A stretch of DNA of 64,000 nucleotides, taken from an uncultured Pseudomonadota bacterium. Lineage in GTDB: Bacteria > Oederibacteriota > Muellerivitia > Muellerivitales > Muellerivitaceae. The translations under genes and the position numbers were made by a program. Location: contig CAVYRH010000020.1 in assembly GCA_963770835.1 (NCBI GenBank), forward strand, positions 1 to 64,000. Direction: 5' to 3'. The notes beneath the pieces were generated by a model that saw nothing but the letters and a program-made list of their open reading frames with translations, was not told the DNA's origin and did not search any database. Shown piece after piece: positions 1-9,073 of the stretch. Each line of letters opens with the position of its first letter. The stretch's first letter is position 1.

Positions 1-111
1 GATAACATGAATGAGCCAGCGGCCTGCGTAAAATAAAACGGGCCTTGTTGAAGGGCCCTAATTCGCGGGTTGCTCCTTGAGGGAGCCTATCCGCATACGG
101 AGGGCTGGCTC

Positions 112-1215
112 ATGGAAAATAATATCACGGTGGTCGGGTTGGATGTCCATAAGGATACGGTGGTAGGTGCGGTCCTGCCGGCTAGGGCCGAAAATGTGAA
201 GGATATTTTTACAATCGAGAACACCCCAAAAGCATTGGGGAAAATGCTGGGTAAGTACGAAGGACGAGGGTCAATAACGTTTGTGTACGAGGCGGGCCCT
301 TGTGGATATGACATCCACCGGCAATTAACCCAAAAGGGGTTGAAGTGCGTCGTAATCGCCCCTGGGAAAATTCCAGTGAAAGCCGGGGATCGGGTGAAGA
401 CAGACCGCCGAGATGCGGAAAAGTTGGCCCGTCTTTGGAGGGCGGGAGAGCTGACGGAAGTGCGGGTTCCGACCATCCAAGAGGAAGCCTGTCGGGATCT
501 GGTTCGAGTTCGTGAGGATGCCCTAGAAGACCGGCAAAAGGCCCGGCACCGGTTGTCGAATTTCTTTCTTCGGCAAGGTCGTATCTTTCGAGAAGCTAAG
601 AATTGGAGATCAGCCCATGAGGCATGGCTGAAAACCCAAAAGTTCGAACCTCTGGAACTGCATGAGACTTTCGAGGCATATGTCCGCGGGAAGCAAGAGG
701 CAGATGAGCGGTTGAGGAGTTTGACGAGCCGAGTGGAGGAGATGGCCAGCCAAGAACCCTACAGGAAACTGGTCAAGCATTTGAGGTGCCTGAAAGGGGT
801 TGATACCTTGAGCGCCATGACCTTGGCGGTGGAAGGCCAAGATTTGAGGCGATTTGAGAGCGCTCGTAATTTCATGGGTTACGCGGGTTTGGGGATATGT
901 GAAAGCAGTTCAGGTGGAAAAATCCGTCGGGGAGGAATCACCAAGACCGGGAACGCCCATTTGAGACGGATTCTTGTGGAATCGGCTTGGAGTTACCGCC
1001 ATGGGAAGTCGGTCGGCGTGGTTTTAGAAAAAAGGCGGGAGGGTTGTCCGGTGGAGATTTTAAAGATCGCCCGCAGAGCACAGGATCGTCTGTACAAAAA
1101 GTTTCTAAAAATGACCCAACGTAACAAGCCCATCCAAAAAGTAGTGGTGGCCGTAGCCCGGGAGTTGGCTGGATTTGTGTGGGCCATCGCCCAGGAAACA
1201 ACAGGAATGGTTTAA
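112..1215 (+). CDS. IS110 family transposase/recombinase
   Basis: DEDD motifs GLDVHK, VYEAG and KTDRRDA, plus C-terminal ESSSGG..RRGGITKTGNAHLRRILVESAW; ATG at 112 after GGAGG. Confidence 0.96.
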   Translation: MENNITVVGLDVHKDTVVGAVLPARAENVKDIFTIENTPKALGKMLGKYEGRGSITFVYEAGPCGYDIHRQLTQKGLKCVVIAPGKIPVKAGDRVKTDRRDAEKLARLWRAGELTEVRVPTIQEEACRDLVRVREDALEDRQKARHRLSNFFLRQGRIFREAKNWRSAHEAWLKTQKFEPLELHETFEAYVRGKQEADERLRSLTSRVEEMASQEPYRKLVKHLRCLKGVDTLSAMTLAVEGQDLRRFESARNFMGYAGLGICESSSGGKIRRGGITKTGNAHLRRILVESAWSYRHGKSVGVVLEKRREGCPVEILKIARRAQDRLYKKFLKMTQRNKPIQKVVVAVARELAGFVWAIAQETTGMV

Positions 1216-1500
1216 CAAGGTCATGAAGGAAGAACCCTGTTTCCGGAAGCTTGGCAACGATTTGGAGAACCCTCGGTACAACTCTGTGGCGCAAAGGCCT
1301 AAGCCTGCGACGACCCACGATCAGAGATCGAGGCAGCTCCCGACGAATGAAAATCTTGCGTCCCTGGAACCAGCAATGGGTCTAACACGCGAATATCAGT
1401 TTGATTCATCGTCGAAACAAGCCGGGCTTTCGAGATCAGGGCTTTTCGCAGGGCCTTGAGGTGGAAAAGAGTAGGATAAAACCAAAGGAAAAACCAGCGG
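1216..1500 (+). ncRNA. Putative bridge/seekRNA of the IS1111-type element
   Basis: Non-coding region downstream of the transposase, as in the IS1111 group; ACAACT (1278..1283) is complementary to core+right flank AGTTGT (1523..1528); ATATCAG (1393..1399) is identical to the element right end (1518..1524); boundaries approximate. Confidence 0.7.
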
Positions 1501-1524
1501 GCTTGACTGGCTCATTCATATCAG

Positions 1525-2074
1525 TTGTTGGCCCTTTTGGGGCATGCTCCAGCGCCTACCTTCTTTGAGACACATGGTTGAAGCAGGGGTCCTTCCCTCA
1601 GGGTGGTTTTGTTGTCCACCCCTTCATCGGTACTGTGACCCCCTCCGACTTCCTCCCACCCTTGCCTCTTTTCGGTTTTAGCCTTATAGCGGCAAGTCTT
1701 TTGGCGGGTAGGATCTCCCAGCTTGCTTGCATAGCCTTTCCAACATTCCGTTCCCCATACTCCGGAGGACTTGCCCCGCTTGCTACCAGATTCTTCAGCG
1801 GGATCGTGGCCTTCGCCAGTAGACACGCGGCTCGGCATCCCCTTGCACCTTTCGGTGTCCCATTCACGAAGCGGCAGGATTCACTTGATGTTGCGGACTG
1901 CTGGATTGTTCCCTCACTAAATGAGGTTTATGACCCCGTTTCGGGCAGGACCTCTCGATCCTACGCCGGGGGCTGACTTCCAGGCTCTCTGGTGATTACC
2001 TGGTCAGGACTTGGGTTGACCCTCATCGGCCTACTCCCTCACCTGCTGGCTCTGCAAACCCTCCTCTGGCACGA
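1525..2074 (-). mobile_element. Group II intron #2, 5' ribozyme portion (domain I to start of domain IV), interrupted by the IS110
   Basis: Minus strand begins TCGTGCCAGAGGAGGGTTTGCAGAGCCAGCAGGTGAG; contains typical intron stretches such as GAAGTCGGAGGGGGTCACAGTACCGATGAAG..GAGGGAAGGACCCCTGCTTC; EBS1-like UGUCUA (1820..1825) pairs with exon UGGACA (2075..2080). Confidence 0.8.
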
Positions 2075-2091
2075 TGTCCACGACGGGTCCC

Positions 2092-4032
2092 GTAGGGTCG
2101 AGGACTGGTGCGGTGGCCTTCTGGCTCCGTTTCCAGTCCCCGCCTCCTCGAACGTAGCGTGCGGATTTCCCGCACTACGCTCACCTGTTGCTTTCCTGTC
2201 AAAGTTTATGTGACCTATCAGACGGGTAGCGCTTTCGGTTCTTGGTAATATCGTATTTGGTAGCTTCTGTACAACCCCAGATACTTATATATCCACTCCC
2301 TACTCCACCTATCCCGCCCAAAACCGTCGAGCTTCTTCGCACGCATCATATGCCGTCTGATTTTATTCTCGACCCATCTTTCCACGTAGTTAAAACAGCG
2401 CCTAGAATTCCCTATCCGAAAGTAATTCACCCACCCACGCAGTTTGGGATTGATAATCTCAATCACCCTCTGCACCGGCTGAGATTGGAAGCTTCCAAAT
2501 GTTTCCTTGAGCTTACCCAGAAGTGTTGCTCGCGCCTTCATTTTCGGCGTGAACTTCACCCCCCATTTCCCTCGACGGGTTTTCACCTGTCGAAAGTCAA
2601 ACCCCAGAAACCCGAAACTTTCACCTTTCGTTAAGTCTGCTATCCGCGTCTTGTCCGTGTTGATTTGCAAGTCGAGCTTGGTCAATTCTTCAAGTAACCT
2701 TCGGTAGGCAGCCTTTGCCAACCATTCCCATTGCGGATATCCATTAACAAGGATCACCATATCGTCAGCGAACCTCGCATATTCGATATAGTTGTTCTTC
2801 CCTTGCCGAGTCACTTCTTTTGCCTTTTCCAGCATCTTATCCACCTCGTTGAGGTAGAGATTAGCCAGAAGAGGGGAAATAACCCCTCCCTGCGGGACTC
2901 CTCTTTTGCCGCTGGCCTTCAGGATCATCCTCAACAATCTCAACACCGTTTCATCCTCAACCCTTCGGGCAACTTTCTTCATCAGAAGGTCGTGCCTTAC
3001 CGTGTCGAAATATGCCTTGAGGTCTACATCAATGACTCGGGTTTTTCTACAGACGATTGCCGATGCTACCCTGTTCACAGCCGCATGAGCGGTCCGCTTG
3101 GGTCGATACCCATAGGACCCTTCTTGAAAATCGGCCTCAAAAATCGGTTCCAGAATAAACTTCAGTGCTCCCTGGACTACTCTATCCCGAATGTTGGGTA
3201 TCCCAAGGACTCTTACCTTCCCATTTCCCTTGGGTATTTCCTTCTTCCGGTTTCGAACGGGCTTATACGTGCCTTGAACTAATTCACCCCGGATGCTTTC
3301 CAGAAACGACTCCACTCCGGCCTCCTCAATGGCATCAAACGTCACCCCATCTATTCCAGGGGCTCCGTTATTTACCTTAGCCATTCGGTAAGCCTGTTGA
3401 AGCGTTTCCATCTTGCAAACATGGGTGTACAGTCCCCAGAAACTCCAGTTCTTTTCAGCCTTCGCTTTGACGTATATCTCTCGTCTCAGGTCTTGCAGGT
3501 TAATTGACGTCTTTTTCATACCGTCACTGCCTTCCGTTTTGTCGAGGGACTTAACAACAGCAGGGTTCCTTCGCTCCACGGGCATTACCCCGCTTCATCG
3601 CTACCATGAACCCATCCTAAACCCTCTCACCTTCGACCGTTTTCCCGCGTCACGGTTATACGGCCTACCTTTCTCCAAGCATTTCTGCCTGGGGCAAGGA
3701 GGGTTTCTCCAGTTGCTTGGCGTGTCCTTGTCTTCGTGCCGTTGCTATCACCCCGTCGGAGTGTTCCAGCGCTTCAGCCATTTCTCCGCGCTGTCCCATG
3801 ATGCTTTCGTCCCACGACGGCGGACTCAGCCTCCGAGGCAAGTGTTTTCGGGGCCACCTGTGCATTTACTTTCGTTACGGCCCGACGACTCGCTCACCAT
3901 CCTTTCGATGGCTTTGTTGATGGGCTTCAGGCATTTGGTTTCCCGCTTGCCTGCCATCCTAGCTAATGGGCTTTGGCTATTACCCATGCAAGACTATCTC
4001 TTGCTGAACACACCTGCCTTTTCTGGACGCAC
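2092..4032 (-). mobile_element. Group II intron #1, full length
   Basis: 5' GTGCG at 4032; domain V GAGCGTAGTGCGGGAAATCCGCACGCTACGTTC (2150..2182, AGC triad, GAAA loop); domain VI ending CGACCCTAC at 2092; EBS1 CGUCGUG in a GTCC/GGAC stem-loop (3813..3819) complementary to exon IBS1 CACGACG (4033..4039). Confidence 0.93.
2218..3519 (-). CDS. ltrA: Group II intron reverse transcriptase/maturase (RT + domain X, no endonuclease domain)
   Basis: GAPGIDG, LGIPNIRDRVVQ, SYGYRP, GVPQGGVISPLLANLYL, RFADD, FLGFDF, LRGWVNYF; ATG at 3519 preferred over the 3585 start in the track. Confidence 0.96.
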   Translation of the reverse strand: MKKTSINLQDLRREIYVKAKAEKNWSFWGLYTHVCKMETLQQAYRMAKVNNGAPGIDGVTFDAIEEAGVESFLESIRGELVQGTYKPVRNRKKEIPKGNGKVRVLGIPNIRDRVVQGALKFILEPIFEADFQEGSYGYRPKRTAHAAVNRVASAIVCRKTRVIDVDLKAYFDTVRHDLLMKKVARRVEDETVLRLLRMILKASGKRGVPQGGVISPLLANLYLNEVDKMLEKAKEVTRQGKNNYIEYARFADDMVILVNGYPQWEWLAKAAYRRLLEELTKLDLQINTDKTRIADLTKGESFGFLGFDFRQVKTRRGKWGVKFTPKMKARATLLGKLKETFGSFQSQPVQRVIEIINPKLRGWVNYFRIGNSRRCFNYVERWVENKIRRHMMRAKKLDGFGRDRWSREWIYKYLGLYRSYQIRYYQEPKALPV

Positions 4033-4052
4033 CGTCGTGGACAACAATTTCC

Positions 4053-4490
4053 TCAAGCCATCTCCTTAATCATAACAATGGCGTCTTCCTGGTTGTCGCT
4101 GTAGTACTTCTTGCGGATGGCCACCACGCGGAAATCGCATTTTTCGTAAAGCTTTTGGGCGGCCTCGTTGCTTTGCCGGACTTCCAATGTGGCAAGGCGG
4201 GCGCCCCGCTTGTAGGCGTAACCCAGGCAGTGTTCCATCATCTTCCGCCCAAAGCCCCGGTTCCGGAAAGCCGGCGCGATGGCCAAGTTGATGATGTGGG
4301 CTTCCTCGGGCGCTTCCCAATAACCCATGTAACCCGCCACCCGGCCTTCCTCTTCCATCACGAAGTAATGGGCGGCTTCCCGCTTGAGTTCCTCGTCGAA
4401 CAATTCCTTGGACCAGGGGGAGGGCATGGAGGCCTTTTCGATTTCGACGACCTGGTCCAGGTCCGCCTCCAACATGGGCCTAAAGGTCAT
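4053..4490 (-). CDS. rimI: Ribosomal protein S18-alanine N-acetyltransferase
   Basis: GNAT motifs HIINLAIAPAFRNRGFG, LEVRQSNEAAQKLY, RKKYY..EDAIVM; coupled to tsaB. Confidence 0.93.
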   Translation of the reverse strand: MTFRPMLEADLDQVVEIEKASMPSPWSKELFDEELKREAAHYFVMEEEGRVAGYMGYWEAPEEAHIINLAIAPAFRNRGFGRKMMEHCLGYAYKRGARLATLEVRQSNEAAQKLYEKCDFRVVAIRKKYYSDNQEDAIVMIKEMA

Positions 4491-5182
4491 GGCGAATCCG
4501 TTTTTTCGTCCACGGACGGGACTCTTATATAGAGGGGTTTTAAATCCGTAAGGGTGGGCCGCATCCCCCCCAGCCACCGGCGGTAGGCGATGCGGGCGAT
4601 GCTCATGGCCTTAGGCTGGTGCAATGTATTGAAGGCGAACATCCCCTGCGTGCCCAGGCTTTCGCGGATTTCCTTCTCATATTTCAAGGCGCCGGGCCCC
4701 ACCACCCAGGCCTTTTCCTTGAGGAGCCGGCCCAGTTTCTCGAACCCCAGGATTTGCGGGGGCTCCATTTCATTAAAACTGTCGTTTTCGATCCGGTAAT
4801 GGCCCACGAAACACTCGCCCCTTTGGGCGTCCACCAGGCAAAGGGCCTCACCCATCATTTCCCCCGCCCTCAGGTTCTCGGCCAACCCGTCGAGAGTGGA
4901 AACCCCGAAGGCCAGCAAGTTGGAAGGCATGCAAAGCCCCTCGGCGGTGGCGATGCCCACCCGGATGCCCGTGAAGCTTCCGGGCCCCAAGGAAACGGCC
5001 ACGGCGGCCAGCTCCTTGGCGGTCATTTCCCTCCGCTGGAGCAGGGTGTCCAGGCCCGGGATCAAGGTGGCCGAACTCTCCCAATCCCCGGGAAGGGACA
5101 TCTCGGCCAGTTCCTCGCCCGTCACCAGGTCCAGGAGCGCCACGCTGGAAACGCGGGTGGAAACTTCTATAGCGGCCAGCAT
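4487..5182 (-). CDS. tsaB: tRNA threonylcarbamoyladenosine biosynthesis protein TsaB
   Basis: GPGSFTGIRVG motif, C-terminal PLYIR. Confidence 0.95.
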   Translation of the reverse strand: MLAAIEVSTRVSSVALLDLVTGEELAEMSLPGDWESSATLIPGLDTLLQRREMTAKELAAVAVSLGPGSFTGIRVGIATAEGLCMPSNLLAFGVSTLDGLAENLRAGEMMGEALCLVDAQRGECFVGHYRIENDSFNEMEPPQILGFEKLGRLLKEKAWVVGPGALKYEKEIRESLGTQGMFAFNTLHQPKAMSIARIAYRRWLGGMRPTLTDLKPLYIRVPSVDEKTDSP

Positions 5183-5640
5183 TTGATAAGTTCCTCCACT
5201 CGCGGTATGGTCTCGGGGTGGAATGCCTCCACGATCACCCTGCGGCTTTCCTCCGAGATGAACTCGAAAATAAGTTTGAGGGTCGTCGGCGGAAATAGCT
5301 TGGGGAATTTATCCCCCCATTCCACGGCCACCACGCCGCCCCGGCCGGTCCATTCCACCCAGCCCAAGTTCTCCACTTCCCTCGGATCCATCAGGCGGTA
5401 CCAGTCGAAATGATAGAGGTTCAATCGGCCCTCGTAAATATGCTGGAGGTTGAAGGTGGGTGAGGTCACGGGGCCCTCAAAGCCGAGCCCCTTGGCGATT
5501 CCCTGGACGAGGAGGGTCTTCCCCGCCCCCAGGGGGCCGGAAAGCGACCAGGTGTCGCCCGGTTGGGCTTGTTGGCCGATGAGTTCCCCCAATTGAAAAG
5601 TTTGTTCGGGCATGTCGCAGGTAATACTGGTGGTGACCAA
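5167..5640 (-). CDS. tsaE: tRNA threonylcarbamoyladenosine biosynthesis ATPase TsaE
   Basis: GPLGAGKT, VTSPTF, HFDWYRL, VEW. Confidence 0.95.
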   Translation of the reverse strand: MVTTSITCDMPEQTFQLGELIGQQAQPGDTWSLSGPLGAGKTLLVQGIAKGLGFEGPVTSPTFNLQHIYEGRLNLYHFDWYRLMDPREVENLGWVEWTGRGGVVAVEWGDKFPKLFPPTTLKLIFEFISEESRRVIVEAFHPETIPRVEELIKCWPL

Positions 5641-5662
5641 ATTTTCTCCGCAAAAAGATTTA

Positions 5663-5772
5663 GCCGCAGATTAACGCAAATTTTCGAAATAAGCCAAAGA
5701 AACACCAAAACTATAAATTTTCTAAGCGGATTTTTAAAATCTTTTTTGCGCGCATTTGCGCCAATTTGCGGC
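5663..5772. repeat. Long imperfect intergenic palindrome (REP-like)
   Basis: GCCGCAGATTAACGCAAAT (5663..5681) versus ATTTGCGCCAATTTGCGGC (5754..5772). Confidence 0.6.
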
Positions 5773-5778
5773 CAATGC

Positions 5779-6336
5779 CTATCCGTAATAATCCATCTGA
5801 CGACGTATCTTTTCCTTCACATCGAAACCGGCGAATTTCTCGCAGAGGTGGAGCCCCAGGTCAATCCCCGCCGTCACGCCGCCGCAGGTGAGAATTGGGC
5901 CGTCCTCCACCACCCGCTGGTCCACCACTCGATCGCAATACTCGGCCAATTCCACTCTTGCGGCCGGGTGGGTGGTGGCCTTCCGGCCTTTCAAGAACCC
6001 CGCCGCCCCCAACAAGAGCGCCCCGGAACAAACCGAGGCCTTAAAAGGACAGGGTTCCATGGTTTGAAGCCATTGGATGAAAGGCCCTTCGTAGCGGATT
6101 TTGCGGGTAATAAATCCTCCCGGTACGACCACAAGATCAAAACGGTTTAGGGGCATGCCCACTTGGGTCGGTGTGAAAACCAATTCCCGGTCGTCGGTCA
6201 CTTGTTCGGTGGGGGCGCAAATTTCCCAGTTCATGTTTTTCAGGAACCCCATGCTTTTCAAGCGGGTCAAGGGGTCGTAAGCCCCCAAAAAATCCAGAGA
6301 GGTCATCCCATCAAAAATGACGAAACCGATCTTCAT
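5779..6336 (-). CDS. DJ-1/PfpI family protein
   Basis: VVPGG, SVCSGALLLGAAGFLKGRKATTH, GVTAGIDL. Confidence 0.92.
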   Translation of the reverse strand: MKIGFVIFDGMTSLDFLGAYDPLTRLKSMGFLKNMNWEICAPTEQVTDDRELVFTPTQVGMPLNRFDLVVVPGGFITRKIRYEGPFIQWLQTMEPCPFKASVCSGALLLGAAGFLKGRKATTHPAARVELAEYCDRVVDQRVVEDGPILTCGGVTAGIDLGLHLCEKFAGFDVKEKIRRQMDYYG

Positions 6337-6350
6337 AAGATTCTTCCAGC

Positions 6351-7382
6351 CTACCGCGCGAAATGGTCGAATCCCTTGGCTTTCAAGGGTAACCTTTCGG
6401 CTTTGCGGGTGATGAGGGTGACTCCCTTCGGTTTCGGAACCATGCGGCCGATGGACTTGACCGCTACGCCGGTTTCAGAAGGAAGCTTTTGAACCGCCTC
6501 CGATATCCGGGGAAGGGGAACCGTAAATAACAGTTCATAGTCCTCTCCGCCGTTCAGGACGAAGTCCAGGGGGTTCAAACCGTTCTCCTTACAATAATGG
6601 GCCAGGGAGGGGGAGATGGGCAAGGCCTCCTCGTGGATTTCCGCGCCCAGCCCCGATTCATCGCAAAGGTGGTGCACTTCGCTGGAAAGGCCGTCGGAAA
6701 TGTCGATCGCCGCGGAAGCCAGTTTTTTCACCGAAAGGGCGCGGCCCACCGAGAACCGGGGCGTGGGCGCCAGGTGCCTTTTGACCAGTAAAGCCGTGGC
6801 TTCTTTGCCTTTTTCCGAAGGGTGCTGGAGGGAATACAGGCCTGCCGCCGAATCCCCCAGGGTTCCGGTCACAAAAAGGGCGTCTCCCACCTTGGCACCG
6901 GAACGCTTGAGGGCCTTGCCGGACTCCACCTCGCCTACCAGTGCCACGTTCACGATGAACTTGTCGCTTCCCACCGTGTCGCCGCCCACGATTTGGGCCC
7001 CATAGGACTCCGCCCAGCCCTTCATGCCGTCATAAAAGGCTTCCAGGTCCTTGACCGGGAAGCTGGAGGATACGCCCAGGGACACCACGGCCACCGTGGG
7101 TTTGGCGCCCATGGCCGCGCAATCGCTGACGTTGACCGCCATGGTCTTGGCCCCCAACTGCCAGGGGCTGATCCACTTGAAGTCGAAGTGCCGGCCTTCC
7201 ACCAGCATGTCGGTGGTGAAAACCATCTCGTGGCCCTTAGTGGGCTTGAAAATGGCCGCGTCATCGCCGATGCCGAGGACCACCGAGGGATTTTTGGCCT
7301 TCATGGCAGTTCGGATTTTCTCAATGAAGCCGAACTCGCCGACCTTGCCCAGGGTTTCTCTTTTATCTTTATCGTTTTTCAA
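6351..7382 (-). CDS. thiL: Thiamine-monophosphate kinase
   Basis: GEFGFI, GIGDDAA, NVSDCAAMG, GGDT, IDISDGL, GGEDYELLFT. Confidence 0.96.
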   Translation of the reverse strand: MKNDKDKRETLGKVGEFGFIEKIRTAMKAKNPSVVLGIGDDAAIFKPTKGHEMVFTTDMLVEGRHFDFKWISPWQLGAKTMAVNVSDCAAMGAKPTVAVVSLGVSSSFPVKDLEAFYDGMKGWAESYGAQIVGGDTVGSDKFIVNVALVGEVESGKALKRSGAKVGDALFVTGTLGDSAAGLYSLQHPSEKGKEATALLVKRHLAPTPRFSVGRALSVKKLASAAIDISDGLSSEVHHLCDESGLGAEIHEEALPISPSLAHYCKENGLNPLDFVLNGGEDYELLFTVPLPRISEAVQKLPSETGVAVKSIGRMVPKPKGVTLITRKAERLPLKAKGFDHFAR

Positions 7383-7402
7383 TCAAAACCTCGAAATTTT
7401 GA

Positions 7403-7723
7403 CTACTTAATAAATCCTCTTGCTTTAAAAACCGGAATAGTAAAAAACAGAATAATAGAGGCGGCCCAAAGCCATTGCATCGGCAACCGAAAAACGTGGT
7501 CAGCGAGACTTCCTTTTTCCACACCTGTTATGTTCAAGAAAAACACGTAACACATTCTCATTACAAAGATGTCAAAAAAAATAAGAAAAAGGAGAATGAA
7601 TAATACGAAAATCTTTTTCACTTTCAAAATTCTTTCCGTCGGAAACAACTTCACACTAATTAAAAAATTCAATGCGGCGACTATGGCGCCACTTAAAAAA
7701 CCAAGAGACAGGGCTTCAATCAT
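7403..7723 (-). CDS. Hypothetical low-GC membrane protein (~3 TM)
   Basis: GGAGG RBS before ATG, hydrophobic segments, co-oriented within the operon. Confidence 0.65.
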   Translation of the reverse strand: MIEALSLGFLSGAIVAALNFLISVKLFPTERILKVKKIFVLFILLFLIFFDIFVMRMCYVFFLNITGVEKGSLADHVFRLPMQWLWAASIILFFTIPVFKARGFIK

Positions 7724-7741
7724 CTAAACCTCCATAAAACT

Positions 7742-8947
7742 CTAAGTCGTATATCTGCCGTTGATATCAATGTACCCATCCGTCAAGTCGCAGGTATAGA
7801 CGGTGTCCTTGGCCTTGCCGAGCCTTAAATCCACCACGATGTCGACGTTCTTTTCGGAGAGGATTTTTTTAAGTTTGTCCCGGGACCAAACCACTTTCTT
7901 ACCGCCGTTATAAAGAAGGTAACCGCCGATCGCTACCGAGACCTTGAATTCGTCAACCGCCGCTCCCGAATAACCCACTGCGGCCAGGACCCTCCCCCAA
8001 TTGGGGTCCGCGCCGAAAATGGCGGTTTTAACCAGGGGGGATTTGGCTACCGACATAGCGGCGAAATAGGCGTCTTTCGGAGTTTTAGCGCCCTGGACGG
8101 TGATGGAAACAAGTTTAGTGGCTCCTTCCCCGTCCCGGACCACGGCCTTGGCCAAGTCCAAGCAGATATCTTTCAAGGCTTTCACAAATGTGTGGTAAGC
8201 CTCGTTCTTGACGGTGATGGCCTTGTTACCGCAAGCGCCATTTGCCAACAACAGGACGGAATCATTGGTGGAAACATCCCCATCCACTGTTATCCGGTGG
8301 AAACTGGTCTCAACCGCTTCGTTTAATGCTTCCTTTAAGAGGAGCTGGCTGATCGCCACATCGGTCAAAAGATAAACCAGCATGGTGGCCATGTTGGGGT
8401 GGATCATGCCCGACCCCTTGGCGAAGCCAGTCAGCCAGGCGTTCTTGCCCGCGATCCAAAGGGGCCTGGCGCTGGCCTTGGGGAAAGTGTCGGTGGTCAT
8501 GATGCCGTTAGCCGCGTCCATGCCGCCCATCCGGGAAAGTCTCAAGACCGCCTGCCTCACACCCGCCAGAATTTTGGGCATCGGAAGCGGTACACCGATA
8601 ACGCCCGTGGAATGGGCCAATACTGAACCAGGAGGAACGTTCAGGAGTTTCGCGGCAAAAGAAACGGTTTTCAGAACGTCCTTTTCGCCTTGTTTTCCGG
8701 TCAAGGCGTTGGCGTTCTTGGTGTTCACCACGATGGCCTGTATTTTCGCCCCGGCCTTTAATGCTTTTTCGGTATGTTTAGCCGGCGCGGCCTTCACCTT
8801 GTTGGTGGTTACCAATCCTACGGTAGTAGCCGGAAGCTTGGAGCAGAAGAGAGCCATATCGAGTTTTTGATTGCTCTTCAACCCGGCATGCACGCCCGAG
8901 ACTAGGTAGCCCAGGGGCAAAGGCAGGAAAGTAGGTTTGGTTTTCAT
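7742..8947 (-). CDS. argJ: Bifunctional glutamate N-acetyltransferase / ornithine acetyltransferase
   Basis: [51 protein letters not shown]. Confidence 0.97.
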   Translation of the reverse strand: MKTKPTFLPLPLGYLVSGVHAGLKSNQKLDMALFCSKLPATTVGLVTTNKVKAAPAKHTEKALKAGAKIQAIVVNTKNANALTGKQGEKDVLKTVSFAAKLLNVPPGSVLAHSTGVIGVPLPMPKILAGVRQAVLRLSRMGGMDAANGIMTTDTFPKASARPLWIAGKNAWLTGFAKGSGMIHPNMATMLVYLLTDVAISQLLLKEALNEAVETSFHRITVDGDVSTNDSVLLLANGACGNKAITVKNEAYHTFVKALKDICLDLAKAVVRDGEGATKLVSITVQGAKTPKDAYFAAMSVAKSPLVKTAIFGADPNWGRVLAAVGYSGAAVDEFKVSVAIGGYLLYNGGKKVVWSRDKLKKILSEKNVDIVVDLRLGKAKDTVYTCDLTDGYIDINGRYTT

Positions 8948-9073
8948 TTTAAGAATCCTCACGCAAGATCGGAGGCATTCTAACCTAAAACATCATTATT
9001 GAATTTCAATTTTCGGGTGTTAAATTAACCCGGCCTTAAGATCCCCATTAAGAATCAAAAATCGAGGTTACAA

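Larger units (their letters stand above)
1..1524 (+). mobile_element. IS110 family, IS1111 group insertion sequence (bridge recombinase element)
   Basis: Perfect 13-bp sub-terminal inverted repeats ATGAATGAGCCAG (7..19) and CTGGCTCATTCAT (1507..1519); DEDD transposase followed by ~300 nt non-coding 3' region; putative core dinucleotide AG at 1523-1524. Confidence 0.92.

Noticed and set aside
1175..1459. 94-aa ORF downstream of the IS110 transposase
   Set aside because: Overlaps the transposase end and occupies the position of the bridge RNA; no recognisable protein features
2075..2091. Intron target hairpin as integron attC site or classical terminator
   Set aside because: No RYYYAAC/GTTRRRY boxes or integrase; any T-tract would lie beyond intron #2, outside the window
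1521..2213. Several short ORFs on both strands
   Set aside because: They lie within group II intron RNA domains
2218..3585. RT as retron, DGR or CRISPR-associated RT
   Set aside because: Domain V/VI, GTGCG start, EBS1/IBS1 and domain X identify a group II intron; no TR/VR pair, msr/msd or cas genes seen
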